Virus record (IMG/VR): IMGVR_UViG_3300050343_000182
Reading direction: 5' to 3' (one strand)
From: a virus
Length of the DNA stretch: 64,000 nucleotides
Shown piece by piece: positions 11,546 through 20,432 of the stretch. The notes beneath the pieces are model-generated. The model worked only from the letters and a program-made list of their open reading frames with translations, had not been told where the DNA came from and did not search any database. The translations under genes and the position numbers were made by a program. Position 1 is the stretch's first letter; every line of letters starts with the position of its first letter.

Positions 11546-11925
11546 AACCAATCGGTCACAAAGAATCATCTCTAAAGACTACCAAGAAAGGTAACGTCAC
11601 CATCAATCCAAAGAAAGAGGACCTTATGTCTGAACATCTGAGAAGTAGAATCCTGAGTAGCGTAGAAGCACTCAAGGAAGCTGCCAAGAAAAAAGACAAA
11701 CACATCAAAGCCGCCAAGGCAGGTAAGCGTTGGCAGGATTCTGACGGCGATGGCAAGTGGTATGAGCCTGGTCAGGATGTCAAGAAAGAAGAGTGCGACA
11801 CCCCTGCCCCCAAGGTAGACAACGTAGCAGACGACGCTGCAAAGAAAGCTGCTAAGGATCGCATGAAGGAAAAGATGCTACAAGCTACAGCCGATTTCGA
11901 TAGAAAGAAGGCAGGCGGGAAGTAA
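11542..11925 (+). CDS. hypothetical highly charged protein
   Basis: ORF 127 aa; RWQDSDGDGKWYEPG motif. Confidence 0.65.
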   Translation: MKPIGHKESSLKTTKKGNVTINPKKEDLMSEHLRSRILSSVEALKEAAKKKDKHIKAAKAGKRWQDSDGDGKWYEPGQDVKKEECDTPAPKVDNVADDAAKKAAKDRMKEKMLQATADFDRKKAGGK

Positions 11926-11958
11926 ACACATATATAGATCAGTAACCCGTATTGATCT

Positions 11959-12135
11959 ATGTTAGCACTGCTCCTACCTTTAGCAAAGAAAACAATCACT
12001 GCACTACTTGGCAAAGACGAAGTGCGCCACTTTCTTGTGGACGTGCTGCGCTCCCTAGTCGCTACAACTGATAACAAGTTAGACGACAAGGCAGTTGATG
12101 TAGTAGAGTCACTTCTTTTCCAGAAAGAAGAATAG
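11959..12135 (+). CDS. small amphipathic protein (58 aa; below ORF-track cutoff)
   Basis: MLALLLPLAKK...TDNKLDDKAVDVVESLLFQKEE translated by hand. Confidence 0.65.
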   Translation: MLALLLPLAKKTITALLGKDEVRHFLVDVLRSLVATTDNKLDDKAVDVVESLLFQKEE

Positions 12136-12136
12136 C

Positions 12137-12144
12137 TATAAATA
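12137..12144 (+). promoter_or_regulatory. T4-type late promoter TATAAATA
   Basis: exact consensus upstream of gene at 12181. Confidence 0.85.
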
Positions 12145-12180
12145 ACTTATAGGAATATAATCTTCATACACGGAGAAACA

Positions 12181-13005
12181 ATGGCTGTATTTGGAAAAAT
12201 TGATGCCGCAACCTTCGCAAACAATGTAGCGGTCACCAATGGTGACGCCACTGTTACGAAAAACGCTGCGGATACCGTCGTCGTAGGCGACATCTTAGAA
12301 CTCTCTAACGTTGCTTACATCGTTAAAGAAGTTACTAGCACTACTGCAATCGAATTGCACAAAGTATATGCAGGTAGCACTGCTGCTGCTCTCGCTGGCG
12401 CTGTCCGTAGGACTGCACCTAAAGCGGTTGCTGAGTATGTGATCAAGGGTGGCGACAGCAACTCATATGATCTCGTATTTGTTGACACCACGGAAATGTC
12501 ACTCGCTGAGAATAAGTCTCGCGGTATCACAGGTCCTGGTTGGTGGCAGTATCGCACATACACCACTGCTAATGGTGACACCAAGCATAAGGCAGAGTGC
12601 TTAGCATTCGTCCATGCTACTGCTGGTGCTGCTGGTGACGACGCTGATGACACTGTGGTTGCTGATGTAGCATCTGCTGTAACTGTTACAGCACAACCTG
12701 CTGCTTCTACTTCTTCCTCTGGTGCTGGTACGTTTACTCTTACCACATCCACCACAGGAACACCTGGAGCACTTGCATATGTCTGGCAACGTCAGACTGC
12801 TGCCTCAACTAAGAAGTGGACTAACATCACTGCTTCCCTTGACACTGGCATCACCTATGCAGACTTCACGACCGCAACTCTTGCTTACAGTGGTCTCGCT
12901 GGCGACACTCTGGACGGTTACAAGTATCGCGTCAAGATTACCTCAGCAGGTGGCACCGAAGAAGTGATCACCGATGGCGTAGGCGCTCTGACCTTCGGGT
13001 CTTGA
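12181..13005 (+). CDS. virion structural protein with C-terminal Ig-like domain (Hoc-like)
   Basis: late promoter, GGAG RBS; VTAQP...YVWQ...W...LDGYKYRV Ig pattern. Confidence 0.7.
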   Translation: MAVFGKIDAATFANNVAVTNGDATVTKNAADTVVVGDILELSNVAYIVKEVTSTTAIELHKVYAGSTAAALAGAVRRTAPKAVAEYVIKGGDSNSYDLVFVDTTEMSLAENKSRGITGPGWWQYRTYTTANGDTKHKAECLAFVHATAGAAGDDADDTVVADVASAVTVTAQPAASTSSSGAGTFTLTTSTTGTPGALAYVWQRQTAASTKKWTNITASLDTGITYADFTTATLAYSGLAGDTLDGYKYRVKITSAGGTEEVITDGVGALTFGS

Positions 13006-13023
13006 TAACTGACTTTTTACATA

Positions 13024-13395
13024 ATGCATTTTGATCAACTTAGTGAAAAAAACTATTTAATGTTTGCTATTCAGCATTATGATAACCCACAGTCGGTTAC
13101 CGTAGATGATTTTATGGAGGACATGAAGAAATTCAAATACCTTAAGAGGTTACTCAAGAGGTATTTGAAAACGGGTGTCCTCCGTGTCAATCTGATACTC
13201 AATCATCTTATCATTCTGTTTAATGTGTTTAGTGACGGGACGATCCCGCTACTGATGTATAAATTAGAGAGAGAATATTGGTCCCTGATAAAGACCTTTC
13301 TTGTATATCTGAATAGATATCCACAGGTTCCTGCTGGATGTCTTGACCTTGTTGATATCGATAACGACGTAAAAGACTTACTAGAAGATCTGTGA
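13024..13395 (+). CDS. conserved T4-like hypothetical protein
   Basis: MFAIQHYDNP...KYLKRLLKRY...NHLIILFNVF. Confidence 0.75.
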   Translation: MHFDQLSEKNYLMFAIQHYDNPQSVTVDDFMEDMKKFKYLKRLLKRYLKTGVLRVNLILNHLIILFNVFSDGTIPLLMYKLEREYWSLIKTFLVYLNRYPQVPAGCLDLVDIDNDVKDLLEDL

Positions 13396-13781
13396 TGAAT
13401 GAAGACGCACCCACAATGAGCGCAGGCGATGGTGGTTTCAGCAACACTGCTGATGCAACTGGACCCAATGCTGGTTTCACTCCTCTCCTAGGAGGGTCGA
13501 AAAAGAAACCTAAGAAGCGTCGTCGCTATACTATTTCCCAGTCCGACATGTTAGCGACTGAAGGAGCACAGAAAGATACCTCATACCTACCATTCCTTAT
13601 CTCCTATGATGGGGCAGAGCAGTATGTATTGTATAGTAAGTCAGAAGCACAACTAAAGATAGAACTTCGTAAGATCTATCGCCCAGAAAACTTTAAGAAG
13701 TTGGATGTTAAACGTCTTTATCCTAATGATGTAATCCAGTTTTACTGGAAGAAACGACAAGCAGCACTTAGATCCGAATAA
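13392..13781 (+). CDS. hypothetical protein
   Basis: ORF 129 aa, overlaps neighbours. Confidence 0.65.
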   Translation: MMNEDAPTMSAGDGGFSNTADATGPNAGFTPLLGGSKKKPKKRRRYTISQSDMLATEGAQKDTSYLPFLISYDGAEQYVLYSKSEAQLKIELRKIYRPENFKKLDVKRLYPNDVIQFYWKKRQAALRSE

Positions 13782-14212
13782 TGGCCGACATTAACTCAGC
13801 GATTCTAGAAAGATTAGAAAAGGTAGTTGATTCATTACAGGATAATTCTGTAAAGATGGGTCAACTACTTGCAGTACATAACGAAAAACTATCTACACAG
13901 AGTGAAGTTGACGGTATTCTATTTGAAAAAGTAGATAGACTTCATGCAGATCTGAATAAAGAGACAGACACAATCAAGAAAGGTTGTGAGAGAGACATTC
14001 GTTTGGTGGATGATAGACTCAGGATGATGGAGAAAAAGATGTGGACCATCTTCGGTGGTCTTGCTGTGATCTCTTTCCTCGTCAGTGTCCCAGGTCAAGC
14101 ATTGCTTAGGTCATTGACACCTGGCGATCCATCTGCTATGGTGGATGCAATGGACCGCTCTGCATGGATTACGTCGATGACAAATACATCCGACTTCTCA
14201 GCACCAGGCTAG
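13781..14212 (+). CDS. coiled-coil protein with one C-terminal TM helix
   Basis: heptad-rich N-terminus then MWTIFGGLAVISFLVSV. Confidence 0.65.
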   Translation: MADINSAILERLEKVVDSLQDNSVKMGQLLAVHNEKLSTQSEVDGILFEKVDRLHADLNKETDTIKKGCERDIRLVDDRLRMMEKKMWTIFGGLAVISFLVSVPGQALLRSLTPGDPSAMVDAMDRSAWITSMTNTSDFSAPG

Positions 14213-15156
14213 AGAAATACAAACACGTCAAATCAGGACTATATAACTTCCGCTGCCCTTACTGTGGTGATTCACAGAAGCATAAGAATAAGGCACGGGG
14301 GTATTTTTTTCTGAAGAAGACTGAATACATCTTCAAGTGTCACAACTGTGGCATGGGTAGATCGCTGTCTAATTTTCTAAAGGACAATGCTGCTGACCTT
14401 CATGGTGAGTTCGTCATGGAGAAATATAAGCAGGGGATGACTGGTAAAGGTAGGCACACACCTGCTCCTGAATACAAAGGTGCAAAGCCAAAGTTTGCTA
14501 ACAAAGTGACAGATCTCACTCCGATCAGCGAGCTAAATACAACGCACCCCGCCAAGAAGTATCTTCTTGATAGAAGAATCCCAGAAGATCAACTGGGTAG
14601 ATTCTTCTATGTTGACAAGTTTAAGAGGTGGGTTAATACGCAACGCCAGACATTTGACAATCTTCAGAATGACAGACCTAGAATTATTATCCCTCTCATT
14701 GACAAGGACGGTAATTGGTTTGGCATTCAGGGTAGATCTATGGCAGCAACTTCTACGCTACGATACATCACCGTGATGTTTGAGAATCAACTCAAACTAT
14801 TCGGACAAGACCAAGTAAACCCAGAGGAGACAGTGTATGTCACAGAAGGACCCTTCGATAGTACTTTCATTAAGCAATCTGTTGCTATGTGTGGCAGCGA
14901 TGTTGACCACCGCACTCTTCCTTATACACATAGGGTCTGGGTCTTCGACAACGAGCCTAGAAACAGACAGATCGTGTCTAGGATTGATGCGGCAATTGGA
15001 AGCGGCGAAGCAGTAGTCATCTGGCCGAAGTCAGTAAAAGAAAAAGATATTAATGACATGGTGTTGGCAGGACTTGACCCTGCTGCTATAATAAAGAGCA
15101 ACACCTTTTCAGGATTAAAAGCAAAGGTACAACTTACAGATTGGAAAAAGGTATGA
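14164..15156 (+). CDS. gp61: DNA primase (T4 gp61)
   Basis: CPYCGD...CHNC zinc finger, VTEGPFDS TOPRIM, KDIND. Confidence 0.97.
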   Translation: MDYVDDKYIRLLSTRLEKYKHVKSGLYNFRCPYCGDSQKHKNKARGYFFLKKTEYIFKCHNCGMGRSLSNFLKDNAADLHGEFVMEKYKQGMTGKGRHTPAPEYKGAKPKFANKVTDLTPISELNTTHPAKKYLLDRRIPEDQLGRFFYVDKFKRWVNTQRQTFDNLQNDRPRIIIPLIDKDGNWFGIQGRSMAATSTLRYITVMFENQLKLFGQDQVNPEETVYVTEGPFDSTFIKQSVAMCGSDVDHRTLPYTHRVWVFDNEPRNRQIVSRIDAAIGSGEAVVIWPKSVKEKDINDMVLAGLDPAAIIKSNTFSGLKAKVQLTDWKKV

Positions 15157-17474
15157 GCAACACAGTTGTCAAACGCAACGGACAGGTGGAAGAGATCCAC
15201 CTAAGTAAAATCCATGAAATGGTAGAGCACGCTTGCAGAGGACTTGCTGGTGTGTCAGAGTCGGCAATCGAAATGAATGCTAACCTGCAACTATTTGATG
15301 GCATCAAAACCAGTGACATCCAAGAGATTCTTGTGCGCTCTGCTAATGATTTGATTACATTAGATGCACCAAACTATCAGTTTGTAGCAGCACGTCTGCT
15401 TCTGTTTGGTCTTCGCAAGCAAGTATATAATGGACACCCAGACTTGCGTCCTCATATTCAGGAGCATGTATGGGACTGCGTTCATCGTGGTGTCTATGAT
15501 AAAAGTATCCTTACAACATATAGTGATGATGAGTGGGATCAGATTGAATCATTCATTGACCACGACCGTGACTATTTGTTTACATATGCTGGTCTAAGGC
15601 AGGTCGTTGATAAATATCTCGTGCAGGATCGATCGTCTGGGGAGGTGTATGAGACACCCCAGCAGATGTACATCATGATTGCAGCAACTCTCTTCCAAAC
15701 CTATCCACAAGAGACAAGACTCGATTATGTCAGACGATACTACAACGCGATCTCAAAGCACAGGATCAACATCCCAACCCCCATCATGGCAGGGGTCAGG
15801 ACCCCTCTACGACAATTTGCTAGCTGTGTTCTTGTTGATGCTGATGACACCCTCGATAGCATTTTTAGCAGTGACATGGCTATTGGTTACTACGTTGCTC
15901 AAAGGGCGGGGATTGGCATCAACGCAGGCAGAATCCGTGGCATCAACGCTAAAATCAGAGGGGGAGAAGTTCAACACACAGGTGTTATCCCTTTCCTCAA
16001 GAAGTTTGAGAGCACTGTCAGATGCTGTACTCAAAATGGCGTCCGAGGTGGAAGCGCAACTGTCCACTTCCCCATCTGGCACAGAGAGATCGAAGACATC
16101 ATCGTCCTCAAAAACAACAAAGGCACAGAAGACAACCGAGTAAGGAAACTTGACTATTCTATCCAAATTAGTAAACTATTTTATGAAAGATTCATCGGAA
16201 ACGGAGAGATGGCGCTTTTCAGTCCTCATGATGTCCCTGGGTTGTATGACGCTTACGGGACTGATGAGTTTGACGCTATGTATCTTGGTTACGAAGGGGA
16301 TCAGTCGGTCCCTAGACTCACCATCTCTGCCCAGCAACTCTTCCTTGATCTACTAAAGGAGCGAGCAGAGACAGGTCGTATTTACATCATGAATATCGAC
16401 CACTGTAATACTCACTCCTCCTTCAAGGACAAGGTGAATATGAGTAACCTCTGTCAGGAGATCACTCTACCTACTGATCCTATCAATCACATTGATGATC
16501 GTGGTGGTGAGATTGCTCTGTGTATTCTCTCTGCTATCAACGTGGGTAAACTGAAGTCCCTAGATGAGATGGAAGACCTCTGTGACCTCTCTGTGAGGGG
16601 TCTGGAGGAGTTGATTGACTACCAGGAGTATCCAGTCGCTGCTGCTGAGCGTAGCACGTTGGCACGTCGCTCTCTGGGTATTGGATACATCGGACTAGCA
16701 CACTACCTTGCTAAGAACGGTGAGCATTACGATGACAAAGGTGCATTGAGACTCGTCCATGAGTTGACTGAAGCATTCCAATACTACCTGCTGAGAGCAT
16801 CTAATAGACTCGCTCAAGAGCGTGGTCCATGCGAAGCATTCCACCGCACCAAGTACTCTGATGGACTTCTACCATTAGATACATATAAGAAGGATGTCGA
16901 TGACTTAGTAGCACCAGAATACAACTATGATTGGGATTCTCTTAGGCAATCTATCGATGAATACGGACTCAGGCACAGCACTCTGTCCGCACAAATGCCA
17001 TCGGAAAGCAGTTCCGTTGTGTCAAACGCAACAAATGGAATTGAGCCACCTAGAGACTACTTGTCCATTAAAAAGTCCAAGAAGGGACCTCTTAAGCAGA
17101 TTGTTCCTCAATTCAATACACTGAAGAATAACTATACTCTCCTATGGGAAATGCAATCCAACAAAGGATACGTTGAGATTGTTGCAGTCATGCAGAAATT
17201 CTTTGACCAAGCCATCTCAGGCAACTGGTCTTATAACCCAGAGAAATTTGAAAATAATGAAGTGCCTGTATCCGTTATGGCACAAGACCTACTAATGACC
17301 TACAAGTATGGTTGGAAAACTTCTTACTATCAAAATACATACGATGCCAAAAAAGATGTAGACGAGCCTGCTCATTCAATTGGATGGGTTGATGAGACTG
17401 CTTCCAAACTAGACAATCTCTTAGCGGAGATTGATGCAGGCGATGAGTCTGAATGCGATGCCTGCAATGTCTAA
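15153..17474 (+). CDS. nrdA: class Ia ribonucleotide reductase alpha subunit
   Basis: ATP-cone VVKRNG, QFASCV, SNLCQEI, AQMPSESSS, C-terminal ECDACNV. Confidence 0.98.
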   Translation: MSNTVVKRNGQVEEIHLSKIHEMVEHACRGLAGVSESAIEMNANLQLFDGIKTSDIQEILVRSANDLITLDAPNYQFVAARLLLFGLRKQVYNGHPDLRPHIQEHVWDCVHRGVYDKSILTTYSDDEWDQIESFIDHDRDYLFTYAGLRQVVDKYLVQDRSSGEVYETPQQMYIMIAATLFQTYPQETRLDYVRRYYNAISKHRINIPTPIMAGVRTPLRQFASCVLVDADDTLDSIFSSDMAIGYYVAQRAGIGINAGRIRGINAKIRGGEVQHTGVIPFLKKFESTVRCCTQNGVRGGSATVHFPIWHREIEDIIVLKNNKGTEDNRVRKLDYSIQISKLFYERFIGNGEMALFSPHDVPGLYDAYGTDEFDAMYLGYEGDQSVPRLTISAQQLFLDLLKERAETGRIYIMNIDHCNTHSSFKDKVNMSNLCQEITLPTDPINHIDDRGGEIALCILSAINVGKLKSLDEMEDLCDLSVRGLEELIDYQEYPVAAAERSTLARRSLGIGYIGLAHYLAKNGEHYDDKGALRLVHELTEAFQYYLLRASNRLAQERGPCEAFHRTKYSDGLLPLDTYKKDVDDLVAPEYNYDWDSLRQSIDEYGLRHSTLSAQMPSESSSVVSNATNGIEPPRDYLSIKKSKKGPLKQIVPQFNTLKNNYTLLWEMQSNKGYVEIVAVMQKFFDQAISGNWSYNPEKFENNEVPVSVMAQDLLMTYKYGWKTSYYQNTYDAKKDVDEPAHSIGWVDETASKLDNLLAEIDAGDESECDACNV

Positions 17475-17634
17475 GGACATTACTATCACACTCAGCAAGG
17501 ACTTACAAGAAGAATTTGAGTCCTATCTTGACTGCTGTGACTCCCTGGACTTTGCTCCAAGGATCAATGCATTCCTAAATTATATTCACAACTACGGTAC
17601 ATGCAAGAATCCAAGGGAGCCAAAATGGGACTGA
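17467..17634 (+). CDS. small hypothetical protein between nrdA and nrdB
   Basis: 55-aa ORF overlapping both nrd genes. Confidence 0.55.
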   Translation: MSKDITITLSKDLQEEFESYLDCCDSLDFAPRINAFLNYIHNYGTCKNPREPKWD

Positions 17635-18761
17635 CTGTTTTCAACGACAAGAAAGTAGACACCAAAAAACAACCAATGTTTTTCGGAGCTCCCTTGGGGA
17701 TGCAACGATACGATGAATATAAGTATCCTGACTTCGACAAACTAACACAGACACAACTCGGTTACTTCTGGAGACCTGAAGAGGTATCTCTACAGAAGGA
17801 CCGTGCCGATTACAAGACACTGAATGAGCAACAAAAACATATCTACACCAGCAACCTCAAGTATCAGATCCTTCTGGACTCTGTGCAAGGGCGTGGTCCT
17901 GGCATGGCATTCTCACCTTACTGTAGTCTTCCAGAGTTGGAAGGATGCATGGGAGTCTGGGAATTCATGGAGCAGATTCACTCTCGCTCCTATACCCATA
18001 TCATCAAGAACGTATACGCAGACCCATCAGAAGTCTTCGATGCAGTATTAGATAATGAGAAGATCCTTGACCGTGCTACAGCAGTATGCAAAGCATACAA
18101 TGACTTCATTGAGGTAGCAACTGAGTGGTCACTCAGTAACATGTGGAAGGAAGGTTGGAAAGACTCTCCTACTTCACAGTGGACTATCAGAGATGTCAAG
18201 CGTAAACTCTATCTGGCGATTGCTAATGTCAATATCCTTGAAGGAATTCGGTTTTATGTTTCTTTTGCTTGCAGCTTTGCTTTTGGTGAACTTAAACTCA
18301 TGGAAGGTTCTGCAAAAATTATCTCCCTTATTGCCAGGGACGAGTCACAGCACCTCGCATTGACCCAGAAGATCCTCTACAAGTGGAAGAAGGGTGACGA
18401 TCCTGAGATGCAGCAGATCATTCAGGAAGAGGAAGAGACAGTGCGTCAGATGTTCCTTGACGCAGTTGCCCAAGAGAAAGAGTGGGCAAAATATTTGTTT
18501 GAGAATGGTAGTATGATCGGTCTTAACGAGCGTCTGCTTTCTCAATACGTGGAATGGATTGCTAATCGTCGTATGAAAGCAATCGGACTAGCACCCGCCT
18601 TCGATATCCCTGCTAAAAACAATCCTCTGCCTTGGACAGAGCACTGGCTAAATAGCAAGGGTCAACAAAATGCCCCTCAGGAAACTGAGATTGAATCCTA
18701 TGTCGTTGGGGGAATCAAGCAGGATGTTAGTGCGGAAACTTTTAGCGGGTTTAAGCTATAA
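17625..18761 (+). CDS. nrdB: ribonucleotide reductase beta subunit
   Basis: FWRPEEV, EQIHSRSY, LEGIRFY, RDESQH, QETEIESY. Confidence 0.98.
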   Translation: MGLTVFNDKKVDTKKQPMFFGAPLGMQRYDEYKYPDFDKLTQTQLGYFWRPEEVSLQKDRADYKTLNEQQKHIYTSNLKYQILLDSVQGRGPGMAFSPYCSLPELEGCMGVWEFMEQIHSRSYTHIIKNVYADPSEVFDAVLDNEKILDRATAVCKAYNDFIEVATEWSLSNMWKEGWKDSPTSQWTIRDVKRKLYLAIANVNILEGIRFYVSFACSFAFGELKLMEGSAKIISLIARDESQHLALTQKILYKWKKGDDPEMQQIIQEEEETVRQMFLDAVAQEKEWAKYLFENGSMIGLNERLLSQYVEWIANRRMKAIGLAPAFDIPAKNNPLPWTEHWLNSKGQQNAPQETEIESYVVGGIKQDVSAETFSGFKL

Positions 18762-18789
18762 AATTACAACATGGATACGGATACCCAAG

Positions 18790-18966
18790 GTGTATCCAGA
18801 TACACATCACGATGCCGAGAAGAAATTGGAAGAGACAAGCGAGGTCCCTGTATACAAACGAGACACAATCGACTGGTATTCCGAAAACCCCGATACATGG
18901 TATCAGGGACCACTTATCCTTCTTGAAGAAACTCAAGAAGGACTTAAAGAATACCAAGCCCATTAG
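18790..18966 (+). CDS. hypothetical protein (start uncertain)
   Basis: open frame filling the gap after nrdB. Confidence 0.4.
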   Translation: MYPDTHHDAEKKLEETSEVPVYKRDTIDWYSENPDTWYQGPLILLEETQEGLKEYQAH

Positions 18967-19049
18967 TAACACTCCCTACCATCGTCGCAAAAAGAAACGA
19001 AAGAAGTAGGGGGTTGCATAAATAGTAATGTCATGCTATCATGACAACA

Positions 19050-19275
19050 CGTTCATCCCACTCTTGGGTGGGACGCAAGTAAGTCGCGCAACGGAGCGTT
19101 GATCCCATGTTTGAATTACTTCTGTATTCATCACTCACCTGCCAACAAGCTGATACAATCATGCTTAAAATGAAAGCAAATGAGGATCTCTCACATGCTT
19201 TTAAGGTAGAGTTGATAGAGACCGTAAAGGAATCTGTCCCTGAGTGTTATTGGGACGCACACGATTGAAGGAACG
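19050..19275 (+). ncRNA. glutamine riboswitch-like element (glnA/Gln-I fold) with large P3-loop insertion
   Basis: P1 CGTTC/GAACG, P2 TCCCAC/GTGGGA, CGCA-AGTA...GAA E-loop, P3 AGTCG/CGATT; upstream of a DUF4278-type gene. Confidence 0.75.
19107..19268 (+). CDS. 53-aa ORF nested inside the riboswitch-like element
   Basis: MFELLLYSSLTCQQADTIMLKMKANEDLSHAFKVELIETVKESVPECYWDAHD* translated by hand. Confidence 0.7.
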   Translation: MFELLLYSSLTCQQADTIMLKMKANEDLSHAFKVELIETVKESVPECYWDAHD

Positions 19276-19308
19276 GGGATTAAAAACCCTAACTTCGGAG
19301 ACGAACTC

Positions 19309-19476
19309 ATGAACACACTTAACCTCATTCGCAAGCAAATTCACAAGGCATCTGCCTTGCATAACGCACAGATTACTCACACCACATATCGCGGTGTAAA
19401 GTATGACACACGTTGTGTGGAAAGCAAAGAGTCTCACGGGACTTTCTGCTACCGTGGAAAGACCTACAGCAAGTGA
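19309..19476 (+). CDS. DUF4278-type small protein (two YRG motifs)
   Basis: MNTL...TYRGVKY...CYRGKTYSK; GGAG RBS. Confidence 0.8.
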   Translation: MNTLNLIRKQIHKASALHNAQITHTTYRGVKYDTRCVESKESHGTFCYRGKTYSK

Positions 19477-19483
19477 CCTAAGT

Positions 19484-19508
19484 AAGAGGGGGTAACCCCT
19501 CTTTTTTA
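19484..19508 (+). terminator. intrinsic terminator
   Basis: AAGAGGGG-GTAA-CCCCTCTT followed by Ts. Confidence 0.85.
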
Positions 19509-19520
19509 TTATACTTTTAT

Positions 19521-19739
19521 ATGAAACTATTAACGTTAGATGATTACAAGAAAGCAGGAGATACTTTCTGGGAAAAGTATTGGTATGTTGCTAAAGAGTT
19601 AGGCGGTGATGCTAAGACCGAAGACATCCTCAAAGTAATGGAGTCTCTGGGTGCTGTTGCACTTAAGTTGAGACTAGAAGAAGATAAAGTTTCGCCGTTT
19701 GGATTCAAGAAGGAGACTGAAGAAGATGTCATTGAATAA
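19521..19739 (+). CDS. hypothetical protein
   Basis: ORF 72 aa. Confidence 0.7.
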   Translation: MKLLTLDDYKKAGDTFWEKYWYVAKELGGDAKTEDILKVMESLGAVALKLRLEEDKVSPFGFKKETEEDVIE

Positions 19740-19896
19740 GATCGACACACAGGGCATGAGTCTCCCTGGCAAATCAAAGAAACCTAGTAGTTATGCACCT
19801 ATGCCTGTCAAGGTAAGGACAATCTTTACAGCAGAAGAACGTATTGAGTTGAAGCAAATTATTCATGAAGCACTTGATGAGAGGATACCTAAGTGA
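19726..19896 (+). CDS. hypothetical protein
   Basis: MSLNKIDTQGMSLPG...ELKQIIHEALDE. Confidence 0.6.
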   Translation: MSLNKIDTQGMSLPGKSKKPSSYAPMPVKVRTIFTAEERIELKQIIHEALDERIPK

Positions 19897-20249
19897 AACC
19901 ACAGAGTGCGAAAGCAAAGGGTAGAAACTTCCAGAAGTGGGTGAGAGACATGCTCATTGAGCATAGGGATGTCCACCCTGAAGACATTGAGTCTCGCAGC
20001 ATGGGTGCTGGTGGAGAAGATCTCATCATGGCACGAGATGCTAGGAAGAAATTTCCTTTTAGTATCGAGTGTAAAAATGTAGAGAAGTTGAATGTGTATG
20101 ATGCTTACGATCAGGCATGTGCTAACTCTGGAAATTACGAACCCATCCTCTTCATGAAAAAGAATAGGAAGCAAGCACTCGTGGTAGTGGATGCCGAATG
20201 GTTTATCAAACACTTTGGGGTTGACAGTCAACCTATTGAGCATATATAA
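19893..20249 (+). CDS. Holliday-junction-resolvase-like PD-(D/E)xK nuclease
   Basis: KGRNFQ...GEDL...SIECKN. Confidence 0.7.
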   Translation: MKPQSAKAKGRNFQKWVRDMLIEHRDVHPEDIESRSMGAGGEDLIMARDARKKFPFSIECKNVEKLNVYDAYDQACANSGNYEPILFMKKNRKQALVVVDAEWFIKHFGVDSQPIEHI

Positions 20250-20250
20250 T
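20221..20250 (+). promoter_or_regulatory. sigma70-type (early) promoter
   Basis: TTGACA-18 nt-TATAAT. Confidence 0.65.
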
Positions 20251-20279
20251 TAGCAAGTTAAGGGAAGTGGAGACCTACC

Positions 20280-20432
20280 ATGGAAAATCAATTTCTTGAG
20301 GAGATTGATGAGATTAATTACACAATCGAATTTCTAGTAGACCAACTACATGAAGCCTTAGCAGCAGGAGATCTCCTACGAGGTGAAGTCCTTGCAGACA
20401 AGATCAAACAATACTCTGAAGCATCTAAATGA
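20280..20432 (+). CDS. small hypothetical protein (50 aa)
   Basis: GGAG RBS, ORF translated by hand, ATGA overlap with next gene. Confidence 0.6.
   Translation: MENQFLEEIDEINYTIEFLVDQLHEALAAGDLLRGEVLADKIKQYSEASK

Noticed and set aside
1091-18761. Introns or inteins in gp43, gp41, gp61, nrdA, nrdB
   Set aside because: Lengths are typical, motifs are contiguous, and no LAGLIDADG/HNH or intein C-terminal HN motifs are visible
19025-19038. Possible NtcA site upstream of the glutamine riboswitch
   Set aside because: Reads GTA-N8-CTA, not GTA-N8-TAC
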